The notes under the pieces are model-generated. The model had not been told where the DNA came from and searched no databases. It worked only from the letters and a program-made list of their open reading frames with translations. DNA of 64,000 nt, filler included, from Lenisia limosa (taxonomy: Eukaryota > Protista > Breviatea), in NCBI GenBank assembly GCA_001655205.1. It is 14 parts of 14 records of this genome, joined end to end, with 100 filler letters (N's around TTAATTAATTAA, not from the genome) between each part and the next. Parts side by side here need not be neighbours in the genome. Positions count along the whole stretch, not along the records: positions 37,911 to 39,971 come from LPNZ01004844.1; positions 40,072 to 44,706 come from LPNZ01000430.1; positions 44,807 to 48,483 come from LPNZ01008595.1; positions 48,584 to 62,525 come from LPNZ01010341.1; 10 more parts are not named here. One strand, given 5' to 3'. Position numbers and translations under genes: made by a program. Of the stretch, positions 37,811 through 49,619 are shown piece by piece. The first letter of the stretch is position 1, and each line of letters opens with the position of its first letter.

Positions 37811-37910
37811 NNNNNNNNNNNNNNNNNNNNNNNNNNNNNNNNNNNNNNNNNNNNTTAATTAATTAANNNNNNNNNNNNNNNNNNNNNNNNNNNNNNNNNN
37901 NNNNNNNNNN

Positions 37911-39971
37911 CACCCTTGTATATAGTGCCACTAGATGAGCACTCAATGCAATCCGTTTCGTTGCACGTCTTGCAAGATGTCGGGCAAGCTGTGGGTGAGT
38001 ATCAAGAGTTATTGCGACAAAGCTGGAATATGGGCGAAAAAAGAATCTCTCTTGCAGAAGGGGGCCAGTCAGCTTGTTAATAATTTCACCATATGTATGT
38101 ACAATGTATTTCTATAGCTGTGCTCATTATATTCTTCAAACGCAGCAGGGGGGGGGGTGAATCTTTTCATTCTTATCATCTTCCAGAAAAAAATACTGGT
38201 TTTTACCCCTCCTCCCCCTACAAATGCAAGTCGCCGTTTCGTCAAGTCGATACCCTTCATCACACTGTCCGCACGTTCCGTTAGAGGGGAAAACAGTGAG
38301 ACATCCATGTGGCTTTTCTAGGAGTGTTACCAAGAAGAATTTGGACGCTGTCGAAAGCTTGTTGCAACACATTCATTACCCATTTCATCTACATTATAAA
38401 TTATACATCCAAATGAAGAAATGCGAAATAAACACAAGGTATCTGACAAAGCTGTCCAAACTATCAACTCCAAGAATAATATTAACAACCCAATTATTTA
38501 ATCCGAAAAACACAAAAAATAATGTAGCTGCAGCATGTTGAAAAGATGGATTGTGTGTTCCCCTTTATTCTTATTGAAAAAAAAACCCCTGGGGGGTGGG
38601 GTGAATAGTGGGCCCTTTCCCATCCCAAAACGTTCTTCAAACAAGACCCCCCCAATCCCCATACGGATACAGCCACCGTCCTTCAAATACGCAGTGTCCG
38701 GGTCGCATAGAACGCATGTCTGAACGTCCCCAACGTATTCGCAAGTAGAACAAAGGGAAATACCGCACCCTGGGGGGAGGGGGGGGATGAGGTAACCAAA
38801 AAAATAGAGAAAAAGACTACACTGGTACACATCCAACCCCCTCAACTATACCCCCCCACAGTCACAGGTCCTGGAAGTGGTGTTCAAGGCAAAGCCACTC
38901 ACGCACTCTGTGCACCCCACGTTGTCTACTGACGTTTTACACGCGTAGTCAGAAACTGGGAGGGGGGGTGAAAAGGGCAATAAAACATAATGGAGAATTT
39001 ATGAAAATGAAAGCCCAAATCAACTCTGATGGCTGATAACACACGAGGGTTGATAACAACAAAACAAACAAATCCCAGGTCAGTCTCTTTTGTAGCACCG
39101 CATCCCATCACTCGTAATAATATGGACAATTTATGAAACAAAACAATCAGACTCAACTCTGTTGGCTCAGCATTTGGTAAATACACAAGGATGTGAGTGG
39201 GGTAAAGAAAGGGAGGTGCGGTAGGAGGATAGAAGATTATTGTCTAAAGACTAAGGCTTCACTTCGGTTCGGAAAAACATCGAAGTTTTCGAGGATTTAT
39301 CGACCGAAGTGAAGCCCTCCTAAAGACTCTTCCAATCAAGACGTATTAGAAGCAGGAAAGAGTGTAGATTGGAGGGTAAGATGTAAAGCCAATAATAGCC
39401 CCCCTCACCACTTTCGAAATATACCAGTAAAATATCGATAATCGAGGATTTATCAACAAATTCAGTCTTTTTTCGAAGTGAAGCCCTACCTCCCCCCCCC
39501 CCNNNNNNNNNNNNNNNNNNNNNNNNNNNNNNNNNNNNNNNNNNNNNNNNNTTTAGTGCAAACATTGGGGTCTGAGGAACACTCGATACATCCATTACTG
39601 ACACAGTCTAAGTCGTTAGGAATAATAGACCATATGAGTAAACATGCGAAACAATTATTGCTAACCAATGTACTTAAACAATCAAACTGTAGCATGCGCT
39701 GTACCCCCGTTTTCGCCCGTATAAAACAGACTTATGTATGTACCTCCCCACCAATACAAGTTCCATCAACATTCGCAGATTTAATTTGACACGTGGCGCA
39801 ATGTGTGGCGTTGGCGCATTGTGAGCATCCTCCAAGATAACATTCTGAGGGGGGAGAGAGATTAAAATTGGAAAATTTATGAAACAGAAGCCCAAATCAT
39901 CTCTGTGGAATATTTATAAAACAAAGTGCAAACAAACTAACGGGATGGGGGTATACCATTACTTTTGGGAG
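37911..39971 (-). CDS. Furin-like/CxxC-repeat Cys-rich surface protein (internal fragment)
   Basis: Exons ECYLGGCSQCANATHCAT, NGCIECSSDPNVCTK, VGCTECVSGFALNTTSRTCD, CGISLCSTCEYVGDVQTCVLCDPDTAYLKDGGC, NGTCGQCDEGYRLDETATC, CPTSCKTCNETDCIECSSS. Confidence 0.85.
39252..39309. mobile_element. Internally deleted 58-nt hAT-like MITE family B with a perfect 8-bp TSD
   Basis: CTAAAGAC (39244-39251) | TAAGGCTTCACTTCGG ... CCGAAGTGAAGCCCTC | CTAAAGAC (39310-39317). Confidence 0.9.
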
Positions 39972-40071
39972 NNNNNNNNNNNNNNNNNNNNNNNNNNNNN
40001 NNNNNNNNNNNNNNNTTAATTAATTAANNNNNNNNNNNNNNNNNNNNNNNNNNNNNNNNNNNNNNNNNNNN

Positions 40072-40511
40072 ATCCCTGACGTGTTGCGGAGTAAAAGAAA
40101 CCGAGAGGACAACAGCCCAGCAGGCGGATAAGATCAACAACACAACCTGATTTTAAACACCTCTCATTCCTTCATCAACCCCTAACCAGTCCCCCAGCAC
40201 CCTCTCACATGCTCAGTGTCCGAGTCTGAATCTTCATCTTCGTCAGAAACATCGTCCGGGATCTTCACGCCAAAACGAGAGTAGCCCTCTTTCTGTTCCT
40301 CTTCTTCCTTTTTGTCTTCCTTTTCCTCAGTAGGAACGGCGGAGGGGTCTTCAATAGTATCGAGAACTTGCCTTCTCTTTTCCAAAGCAGCCAAAAGAAT
40401 CTTTGACCTCTTAGACTTCTTTTCATGAGTCTTAAGCTGTCTTGGGATGCTTCCTTCAGACACAGGAGTGATGAAATCGTCCTGGGGTGCTGACACCTCC
40501 ATGTTTCCCAT
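40072..40511 (-). CDS. First exon(s) of a hypothetical charged (Lys/Glu/Asp-rich) protein
   Basis: ORF MGNMEVSAPQDDFITPVSEG...KKEEEEQKEGYSRFGVKIPDDVSDEDEDSDSDTEHVR with coding-like composition, ending near a GT donor. Confidence 0.55.
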
Positions 40512-40983
40512 TGTGTCTATCTTCAATTAGTAATCACTAACAATAGAACAACAATCTCACAGACTCAACTAGCGTCTAACTTGTCTTGTCGCGAAAAATG
40601 GAAAATCAATTAATATTTATATTGCTTTTACATGGGGTTGCATACAACCTTCAATTGTCTTAAAACTGGCACTTTCCATATCAGGCAGGCCATCTGTTAT
40701 CAATGAGTCGAATCTTCCCGCCTGTTACAACCATTCATTGTCCTGTCAATATAGTGAACCAAATAGTGATTTTACCAGTACCTGCCCCTCCCCCTCCTCC
40801 TAACCCCAGCATACCTCCCACTGCTTCCTAAGACGAGTCTCACCGCACCAGGTTGGTTTGGCTCTTGTCGGGAGGATTTGAAGGAACATAGCAGTGCCGC
40901 AGCAGTGTTTTAAATGTCATTGGTGAAGAGGAAGCTTTGTTTTTTTATTTTGGCCAACGTTGTGTTTTCTTCCTACGTCTTTT

Positions 40984-41150
40984 CAGCCGATTTTGATAAT
41001 AATCCACCCAGTCGATTTTGATGAAAGGTGATCCTCAGAGCCGATTTTGATAATGATGATAACCCACAGCCGATTTTGATGAATGATGATAATCCTCAGA
41101 GCCGATTTTGATAATGATGATAACCTCCACAGCCGATTTTGATGATACGA
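40984..41150. repeat. ~30-nt minisatellite with core AGCCGATTTTGAT and alternating A/B variants
   Basis: Six units; tails alternate between ...CCC/CCAC and ...CCTCAG. Confidence 0.9.
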
Positions 41151-42849
41151 GCCGCGGTAGATGACGTCATTCAAACACTGGAGGTTCAGAAGTCATCGCC
41201 ACTCCCAGTAAAGAGAAAGGTAAACCCATGGGGGCTGATTGTTCGTTTGAAAATATAGTGCTTTATTTGGCATATATAAAGAGATTTTTCACAAATTGAA
41301 TGATGGCTTAAACCATTGAATGAAAATCTTGCGTCTTTTGATGGAAGGGGGTGTTAGCGATGCGGTGTGGTAGGAAGAGGAGCTGCGAGGGTTATTTCAA
41401 CGATGTCTGGGCTACTTACTTCCCCTTATATGTGCTCCTTTCTTATCCCGTTTCTATTGTGCATTTCTTTGCCTTCTAATTTTTTTGTCTTTTAATACTT
41501 ACTCAAGGAAGAATTACCTGACAGACCTATGTTGCTAAAAATGAACGTAATCATACCCTAGAACGCCCAAAGCTTTTTGCAATCATCTATGATATATCTT
41601 GTACTTTTTTGAAGTTAATTATTATTTCCAAGCTGGGTTTCTCTTCTCTTTTTACTGAACTGCTTTTCTTTTCCCTTTCTCCCCTCATCCTTCCTCCCTC
41701 ATTCTTTTCTCTCGGCCCTAATAGTCAGTGAAATGACCAAAACCCTCCTCCCACGGGTGTACTGTTATTGTTTCAGGGGATCCAAAGTATGGAGCCGGGT
41801 TTGAACTTCTTTTGCAATAGCTAGACCTTCATTCCCGGACAGAGACCATGATTTCCATTTCTTAGATACCTTGGTTTTTGCCGGTATCTTTCACTCCATG
41901 GTGAAGGTCTCAGCATACTTTGCAATTCTATATGATACTATCAAGAACAAAGCCAAGGCATTAATGAAACTGTAGATTGAAAGGGCGGCATCATATTTAG
42001 AAGACGTCTTAAAATGCCCTATTGGACTGGTATGCACCATGGGGTTGACCTTATTAATACCCAATATCCTTTGAAAGTTATAGTGGCATCAATCTGATTC
42101 AACTTTGCTTTACATTGTATTTCACTTACATACTCAGCCATTACATTCGCAGCTTCAAGATGGGCATAGTAAGATGGGCAGATTGTTGTGAAAGATGGAA
42201 ATTGGTCTTGATTGCTTTCGAAAAAAATGTTTGGTGCTCTTTTAGGGTCCCACCTTTGCTATCAATATTTTAAGAAGCTTATTGTATTCTAACATCGAAG
42301 TCATTCTTCGGGCTCTGAGTGTCACCAAAATCCTCCAGTCTGGCCATTATACAGGTGAACAGCACTTTCCAATTATAAGTATACAATGTATTGAGTGTTA
42401 TTAAGCTGAATATCCCTTATAAACGTCATCGAGATACTTCCTTTTTCTCTTCTTCTTTTTTCTTCTTTCTTAAATACTATTTGTAGATACACATACATGT
42501 AAGTCATCTAACAAGAAATATGAGAGTCATGATTTAGGACTAATTAATGACAACCTGGGGCTTCCCTCTGCCTGTAACTGGGCCCTAATAACTGAGTCTC
42601 TTGAACTATTGGTGGGTTTTGGTAGTTGGAGTGGGGGGGGGGGGGCAANNNNNNNNNNNNNNNNNNNNNNNNNNNNNNNNNNNNNNNNNNNNNNNNNNNN
42701 NNNNNNNNNNNNNNNNNNNNNNNNNNNNNNNNNNNNNNNNNNNNNNNNATTTGCATGATGCTGAACATTGGCTTGTTTTTCAAAAGATGACCTCTGTTAT
42801 TATATCCATCAAATCATCCTTTTAAATTGGATTACCCCTGTTATTGTTT

Positions 42850-44692
42850 CTACCTAGGGCCTCCACCCTCCACTGTGTCTCTGGAGAGCTATTGCGTCTC
42901 TCCTCCCCATAAGTTCGTCACATGAGGAAGCTGTGAGGGGCGCAAGTCCTTCTCATTGATAATATACTTGTATCATATATGACCAACGTAAGATTTACTG
43001 ATCCACTACAGCTCGCTGAGTTGGTGCTTTTGATAGAGACAGCAGCGAGCCAAGACAAACATTTAAAAGTCCTTCCAAAGATGCACCCGGGTAAAAACCC
43101 TGATTGTTTCAAAGGGTTTGAAGGGAGTATTAATAAATGCATAAAATGAACAATAATTAAATGGGAGTTGTTTCCCTCAACACCGGACTTACTCCCCAGT
43201 GCTAAGATATTATGCCCTATGTTGGAGGCAAAACACCTCTCATCTTCGCAAATCAAGGATGCCCTGAAGGTAATCTTTCTTTTCTTTTCTTTTTTTCGGC
43301 GCAGCGTTCCAAATTTGTATTTGAGGCAAGAGTATATTGACCCCATAGGTGATTCAGAACAAACGTGAACGTTTAGTCGAACAACCATCTCCGCAGGAAT
43401 TAGTGTTTCCATCCTCACCTCGAATAGGTTTGCGCAAAATCAGAACGAATAATGGGCTATATCTATATTGTTGCTGCAGCGTTGAAGTGTCAAAACCATG
43501 CTCAACACTAAAAACTATAATTTCGACCTGCTACTCTCATGCTTTATTTCTTCATCGTGTACATATATTGATATATGTTTAGTTTAACGATATATCATAT
43601 AGTACACATAACACAATATTATTTTTTTATTTTACAGGAGACAAGCAAAAGCTTCAGGCAGGTTCACTGTCAAAGGAACTGAAAACGGAAGTATTGCCTG
43701 AGACTCCAAAAGAGGATGGCATCAGCCCCTCGGCTTTTGAGGTGACCCAAAAGTGGGTGGATTTGAGAGTTCAAATAACTTGTGTTGTGCTGTTAGGGAT
43801 CCCTATGACCCCCGAAGGGCCTTGATGTCAATATGACAAGGGACTAACCCTTGGTCACTATACATACCCTGTACTGTTAAGTCTCACTACCAGTTTACTT
43901 CCTTATCGCATAAAGAGTTACTTTGCTTCCCCTTGCCTTTGCCTTATTTTTAACGCCCTCTCTTTCTTTCCACCAAGTCTACTCAAAGCTTGTAAGACGA
44001 GCATATTATTTCTTTACCCCAAGTCTACTCAATGCTTGTTAGACTTGTAAGACGAGCATATTGTTTCTGAAGCAATCATGCTATACCTCCCCTGACCATT
44101 CCAATCTCGGTTTAAAGTACTCTCCCAATCATACCTTTAATAGACACTTTTACCCAGTAGGAAACTCGTGTTGTCCACGCCTTCAACTGTAAAAGTAGGG
44201 GGGGATAGAATATTTATTATTTGGGAGAGAAAAACACCATAAAACGGAAATATGATCCTATTTGGAAATATAAAGATTTTTAGATTACTCACGTTCAAGG
44301 TAATTCTTCACCCGGGGTCAGAACCTTCCCTTGTCCCTCCCGTGAGTTCGAATTTTGGTGTATACTTACATGATTAGATATGAAGATCTTAAGACAAAAG
44401 TCTTTGTCAACAGTTACCATTTTGCTTTCAACACTCCCTTCCTTTCCCCCCTTCTACCAAACCTCTTTTATTCCTCGTTTGCATTTTGATTATTCTTCCA
44501 TCATCATAAACAGTATTTACCCCAACTCTCTAGGTGTCACTTCAGCCACTGCCGGAGTCCAAACTAGGCCTTCAAGTATCCCCCTCAAAATCCTGTATCC
44601 GAACCCCGCTGTTCCTTCGCCATCACTCGCACGCTACCAAGTCCGTCAGCCTCGATATCCAGAGCTTGATCAAGGCTGAATCATCTGGCATT
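42850..44692 (+). CDS. Multi-exon hypothetical protein (partial)
   Basis: AG/GT-bounded reads LAELVLLIETAASQDKHLKVLPKMHP, IQNKRERLVEQPSPQELVFPSSPRI, DKQKLQAGSLSKELKTEVLPETPKEDGISPSAFE, VSLQPLPESKLGLQVSPSK. Confidence 0.5.
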
Positions 44693-44964
44693 GTGGGGGG
44701 GGGGGGNNNNNNNNNNNNNNNNNNNNNNNNNNNNNNNNNNNNNNNNNNNNTTAATTAATTAANNNNNNNNNNNNNNNNNNNNNNNNNNNNNNNNNNNNNN
44801 NNNNNNCCAACATTAGCACTATTATTTAGCAGTCTAGCAATTTCGATATATCCCCCCTCCCCCCACATGTTATATTTGAAAGCAAAGACGTAAGCTGGAT
44901 TGAAGTGATCAACCATACTTAATCAAAATAATACCACCACCCCTGATTCATACCCCCCACCTTA

Positions 44965-47900
44965 GCCACCTGGAGAACCGCTCGAGCCGAACCGAGCCTC
45001 TCCACCAAAACACAGGCCGTGAGAGCAGGGGTTCCAAGGGCTAGGATTACTGCGCGGTAGAGGTCTTGATTCTGGGTAGCTGTGGAGAGGGTTGCCTGTG
45101 CAGGGGGGTTATTGAAGAGCGTTATAGGAGGGTAGTGCTAAACAAACAACCAAAACAAAAAACTAGACAAAAAGTAAGGGCAAGGCGGCGCAATCATGAA
45201 GGCATGTAAATCAATGGAAGTAACTGAAGAAAACGAATTAAAAGAATGCTGTTAAGTCTCGCACGCAATTGCCTTGTGTTTTTATTTGTACAAAATATAA
45301 AATACATATTCAGATCCCCTCCCCACAAGTGCAGTGAGAGCAGAGGCGTAGTTCTGGTCCGCCATAGCCGTGTGGATAACGTGCCGACACTCATTGCTGG
45401 TGAATATTAGAGGTAGGGCTTCACTTCAGTTCGAAAATAGACTACCTTGAATTCATTCATTAGGGAGGGGTGTTCACTTTATTTCTGATGGAAAATCAGG
45501 GGGGTGGGGGGTACGAAGGNNNNNNNNNNNNNNNNNNNNNNNNNNNNNNNNNNNNNNNNNNNNNNNNNNNNNNNNNNNNNNNNNNNNNNNNNNNNNNNNN
45601 NNNNNNNNNNNNNNNNNNNNNNNNNNNNNNNNNNNNNNNNNNNNNNNNNNNNNNNNNNNNNNNNNTGAGGGAGGGTTTGTGAATTGTTTCTTGACAATAT
45701 AAGCTAAGATTATCGTGTGGTCCCCAACTACCCATTATGTAAAAAATACAATAAAATCAACCTCCCCACAAACGCAAAGTCATCTCGTGGATCTCGAGGA
45801 AGAGGAGGAAGGTTCCTGTATGGGTAAGAGAGAGAAGCGAAAAAAGAAGACAAAGCAGAAGAGAAACAGAATATTATTGAAGACCAATACCACCAATAAA
45901 CAAAGACGTTGATGAGAAAATAAAACATCAAAAGGTGAAACAATATATATATCTATGAATATAATACATGTAGTATGTACCTGAACAAATGGTGGTATTT
46001 TCTTGCAGTCGACTTGTCAATGAAGAGCCCTCTAAAAAGAGAATCATATCTTCGAGGAGGGAAAGATTCGACCCTAAAATGGAGTAAAATAGAAAACAAA
46101 AGCAACGTAACAAATCATTCTGAAGCCTAATTATTAAACACTGTCAGAAACTGGTTGTGCCATTGAAGTTATTACTGCATAATGTACACATAATATCTAT
46201 CAAAAAAAAGTTACAGCCCATTTTCTGCATATAGATGAAAATCATGCAGTTATTTTCAATTTAATCATCTCTAAATGCATTTGGAAATACCAAATGAAAA
46301 GTAGAAAAAAGTAAAACACACAATAATAAAAAGGAAAACACACAATAATAAAAAGGAAAATGAAAACATCAGTGATGGCAACGGGTAATCACATATTTAC
46401 TCTACATTTAAAGTTGATCAGGTGATACATTGAGTGGGTTACCTCGACAGCAGTGGATCTCTCACTTCTTAAAGAAAATTAAGATGTTGTAATTGTCCAT
46501 AACTTTCACATTTCAAATATTAAATCCTCTTATGCATGTATGTATAAAACCAAGAAGACCTCAAATCGCCTCAAAATTAGAGAGCCCTCTGTAACAACTC
46601 TCTGAGCAGCCAGCTGAAAGCTACAGTCACCCGGTACTGATGATTCTCCGTGACATTCATCTCTTAAATAGCATGAAGAAGAAGACTGGAAGTGTCTATT
46701 AAAAGCTGATTGAAGAAGCTGGAGACCTGTCAGAAGCCCAGGACAACGCCCTCCAGACCTGGCTCGTAACATATCTTAGCGATTCGGGATTCCCTGGAGT
46801 CCAATCGAGGCGCTTCAAACCGTGTGTTGGTCNNNNNNNNNNNNNNNNNNNNNNNNNNNNNNNNNNNNNNNNNNNNNNNNNNNNNNNNNNNNNNNNNNNN
46901 NNNNNNNNNNNNNNNNNNNNNNNNNNNNNNNNNNNNNNNTCAAGTCTGGGAGGCGTCACAATATATTAAACAATTGTTGGTAGTAACACCACTGATTTGG
47001 CGTTGAGGATTGTTCCTTTTGGTCACATTTCCACCAATAGTTGAGTTCTTTACCTGTTTCATTTAAGAACTGATCTCCATTTAACTATTGGGTCAACAAC
47101 CAGCTAATTCTGCTGTTTAGGACCCAACCATGATATGCTCAAGGCTAACAATAGACTTATTGGTCAGCCAGAAGGAAAGCCTGAGATCTCGGTCTGTGGG
47201 TTGATTCTTTTGATGTACCTCTTTCAGTTGCTGATAATTTAGACCGGTTACCTTATCAACAATACCTCTGACTTGAAGAAAGTCGTGGGACTCCCAGGAG
47301 TATCAAAGACAATGCTGTCTGCACCGTTCAGCCAACCAGTTAGACCCCTTGTTTCAATTCAATAATTACCGGTGAAACTACAAATCTCCACATTCTGGAC
47401 CGAAATACCGTTAAAGCGCTCACCAAGTTGTTGTGTTAAAGTGTGAAAATATACAGTGCTCAAAATGAAGAAAAAATACATAAATAATTATAAAAGATCT
47501 CTTTTAGAAAATAAAAAGGGGTCGGGAAAGGACCGTTAAGTCACATTCCCAGAAGTAGAAATTCTAGTCAGGAGATGCCAATGAAATGACAATCCCAACC
47601 CTTTCCGCCTCTGGAGTGCAATGAGGGTTCCGGGATTGGCCTCCTTGCCTGAGTGATCACAAGGATGGCTGACCAAGGTAAGTTTAAGGTTTGCCGGAAT
47701 GACCAGACTGAAAAACCAGGATTTGTACCCAGGGGAAAATACGGATTAATTTCTTTATTTCTTTTTGTCTTATTTCTTCTTTCTTCTCTTTTTTCTTCCT
47801 GCCTATTGGTTTTACCTTTTNNNNNNNNNNNNNNNNNNNNNNNNNNNNNNNNNNNNNNNNNNNNNNNNNNNNNNNNNNNNNNNNNNNNNNNNNNNNNNNN

Positions 47901-48100
47901 NNNNNNNNNNNNNNNNNNNNNNNNNNNNNNNNNNNNNNNNNNNNNNNNNNNNNNNNNNNAACGAACAGGGTAGAAATATATCAAAAAAACCAACTAGTCA
48001 GTCTTCCCCCCTTCCCCTAACCCTTCATCAGGTGAATGCTTGTGATGAAACACGTACTCCTACAATGTCAAGAAAAACAGCAGAGGGCGCGGAAGCATGG
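44965..48100 (-). CDS. Multi-exon hypothetical protein (partial)
   Basis: AG/GT-bounded reads ATLSTATQNQDLYRAVILALGTPALTACVLVERLGSARAVLQ, NECRHVIHTAMADQNYASALTAL, LTGWLNGADSIVFDTPGSPTTFFKSE. No family recognised. Confidence 0.4.
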
Positions 48101-48859
48101 TAATTTGTTTATGTTATTCCTGTGTATTTGATTGTTTCCCTAGATATCTAATGTTTATTATTTCTCTTGTTCCAAAAAAGGGGGAGGGATAAAAATGGAA
48201 GTGATGAAAAAGAGCCCAAAACTTGGAACAAAGAAAATATGCCTACCTTTGTAACCACAATAGAGGGTGGCCGGAATTTGAGGTGACTTTCAGGGATGGC
48301 TGGTGTTTGGATGAACTAAAATGATGAAGGATGCGTATAAGGAGCTGTGGGATATATTGAGACCAACCAGCTACCCCACACAAACATAGGAAGAGGAAAA
48401 ACACAGATTATTACCCCCCCCCTCTATATCTCCCACAACCTGTTCCCCCACCCACTACACACACGCACAAGCACACGCAACCCNNNNNNNNNNNNNNNNN
48501 NNNNNNNNNNNNNNNNNNNNNNNNNNNTTAATTAATTAANNNNNNNNNNNNNNNNNNNNNNNNNNNNNNNNNNNNNNNNNNNNACTATATAATTATACAA
48601 CAACAATATCGATGCAAGGAAGATCTTTGATGTTTGAACTTTTGAACTTTAATGCATCAATAATCTGGGGGTATGTTCACCCTAGAAACAACAAAAGTCT
48701 CCCTAAAAATTTGACACAAACCAAACAAAACCAAACACAAAACCCTCCGGATACAACATAAAAACTAAACTACTGAAAAAAAAAAAAAAAANNNNNNNNN
48801 NNNNNNNNNNNNNNNNNNNNNNNNNNNNNNNNNNNNNNNNNNNNNNNNNCACGTTGACT

Positions 48860-49260
48860 CCGTACTGCTTTTGATTTTTCCTTCCTTCCTCCTCCCTCTT
48901 CTCGTCCTCACCATAATAGTTGAAGGAATTCTTCTTTTCCAGCTCGTCGTCGTCGTCTTCCTCTTGCTTCTCTTTCTTCATCCATTCCTCCACTTTGCAT
49001 ACATCTTTCTAGCTTCCTTTCTTCTCGCCTTATCTTCTCCACTTCACAACCTCGTCCATCCTTCTTCTTGCCATATCATTCACTTCTCTTCCAATTCTCG
49101 TCATTTCAATATTCCCTCTTCCATCAGTCTTCTTCTTCCATTTCCTTGCATTCTTCCAGTATGTGAGTACCATGCATCTTCTTTTATCTTCTTACTCCAA
49201 CTACTCCACATACCATGCATCTTCTTTTATCTTCTGCGTTCTTCCTTCTTCCTTCTTCGT
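48860..49260 (-). mobile_element. Probable non-LTR retrotransposon (LINE) 3' remnant
   Basis: Purine-rich minus strand with KRRCMVCG ... THILEECKE, resembling the C-terminal CxxC..H..C zinc knuckle of LINE ORF2. Interrupted by stops and by a 25-nt direct duplication (49168-49192 / 49211-49235). Confidence 0.4.
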
Positions 49261-49619
49261 TTAATCTCAACTCCCTTTCTAGCAAGAAGAGAGGAGGAGC
49301 GCGGAAAATCCAGCTTTTTAATAAATAATTCGGGAAACGGGGAAATTTGTTGGGTTATCCCAATATCCCAATTGAACCAGGTACCATGATAACCCGGAAA
49401 TTACGTAAGAAGAAAAAGAAACATAAATAAAAAAGAAACCAAGAAACCTTGACACAACCTAAGCTGACAAACCCCAGCGTAACATAACATGAACATAATC
49501 CTAGCTCAACAGGGTGAGTGGTGCACTAGTGAATAGTCACTTATTCTGAGTTGTTTGTACATCATGTCGACTCCTTGAAATGTTCAGCTGTAATTGTCAA
49601 CAAACAGCATGACGAAGGA

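Noticed and set aside
40984-41150. CRISPR-like array
   Set aside because: The spacers are homologous to one another, the core is only 13 nt, there are no cas genes, and the context is eukaryotic.
42060-42230. Piwi/Argonaute-like motif CPSYYAHLEAA on the minus strand
   Set aside because: It is a single short motif in a ~65-codon frame with no other PIWI motifs or clear exon structure; chance or an unidentifiable relic cannot be excluded.
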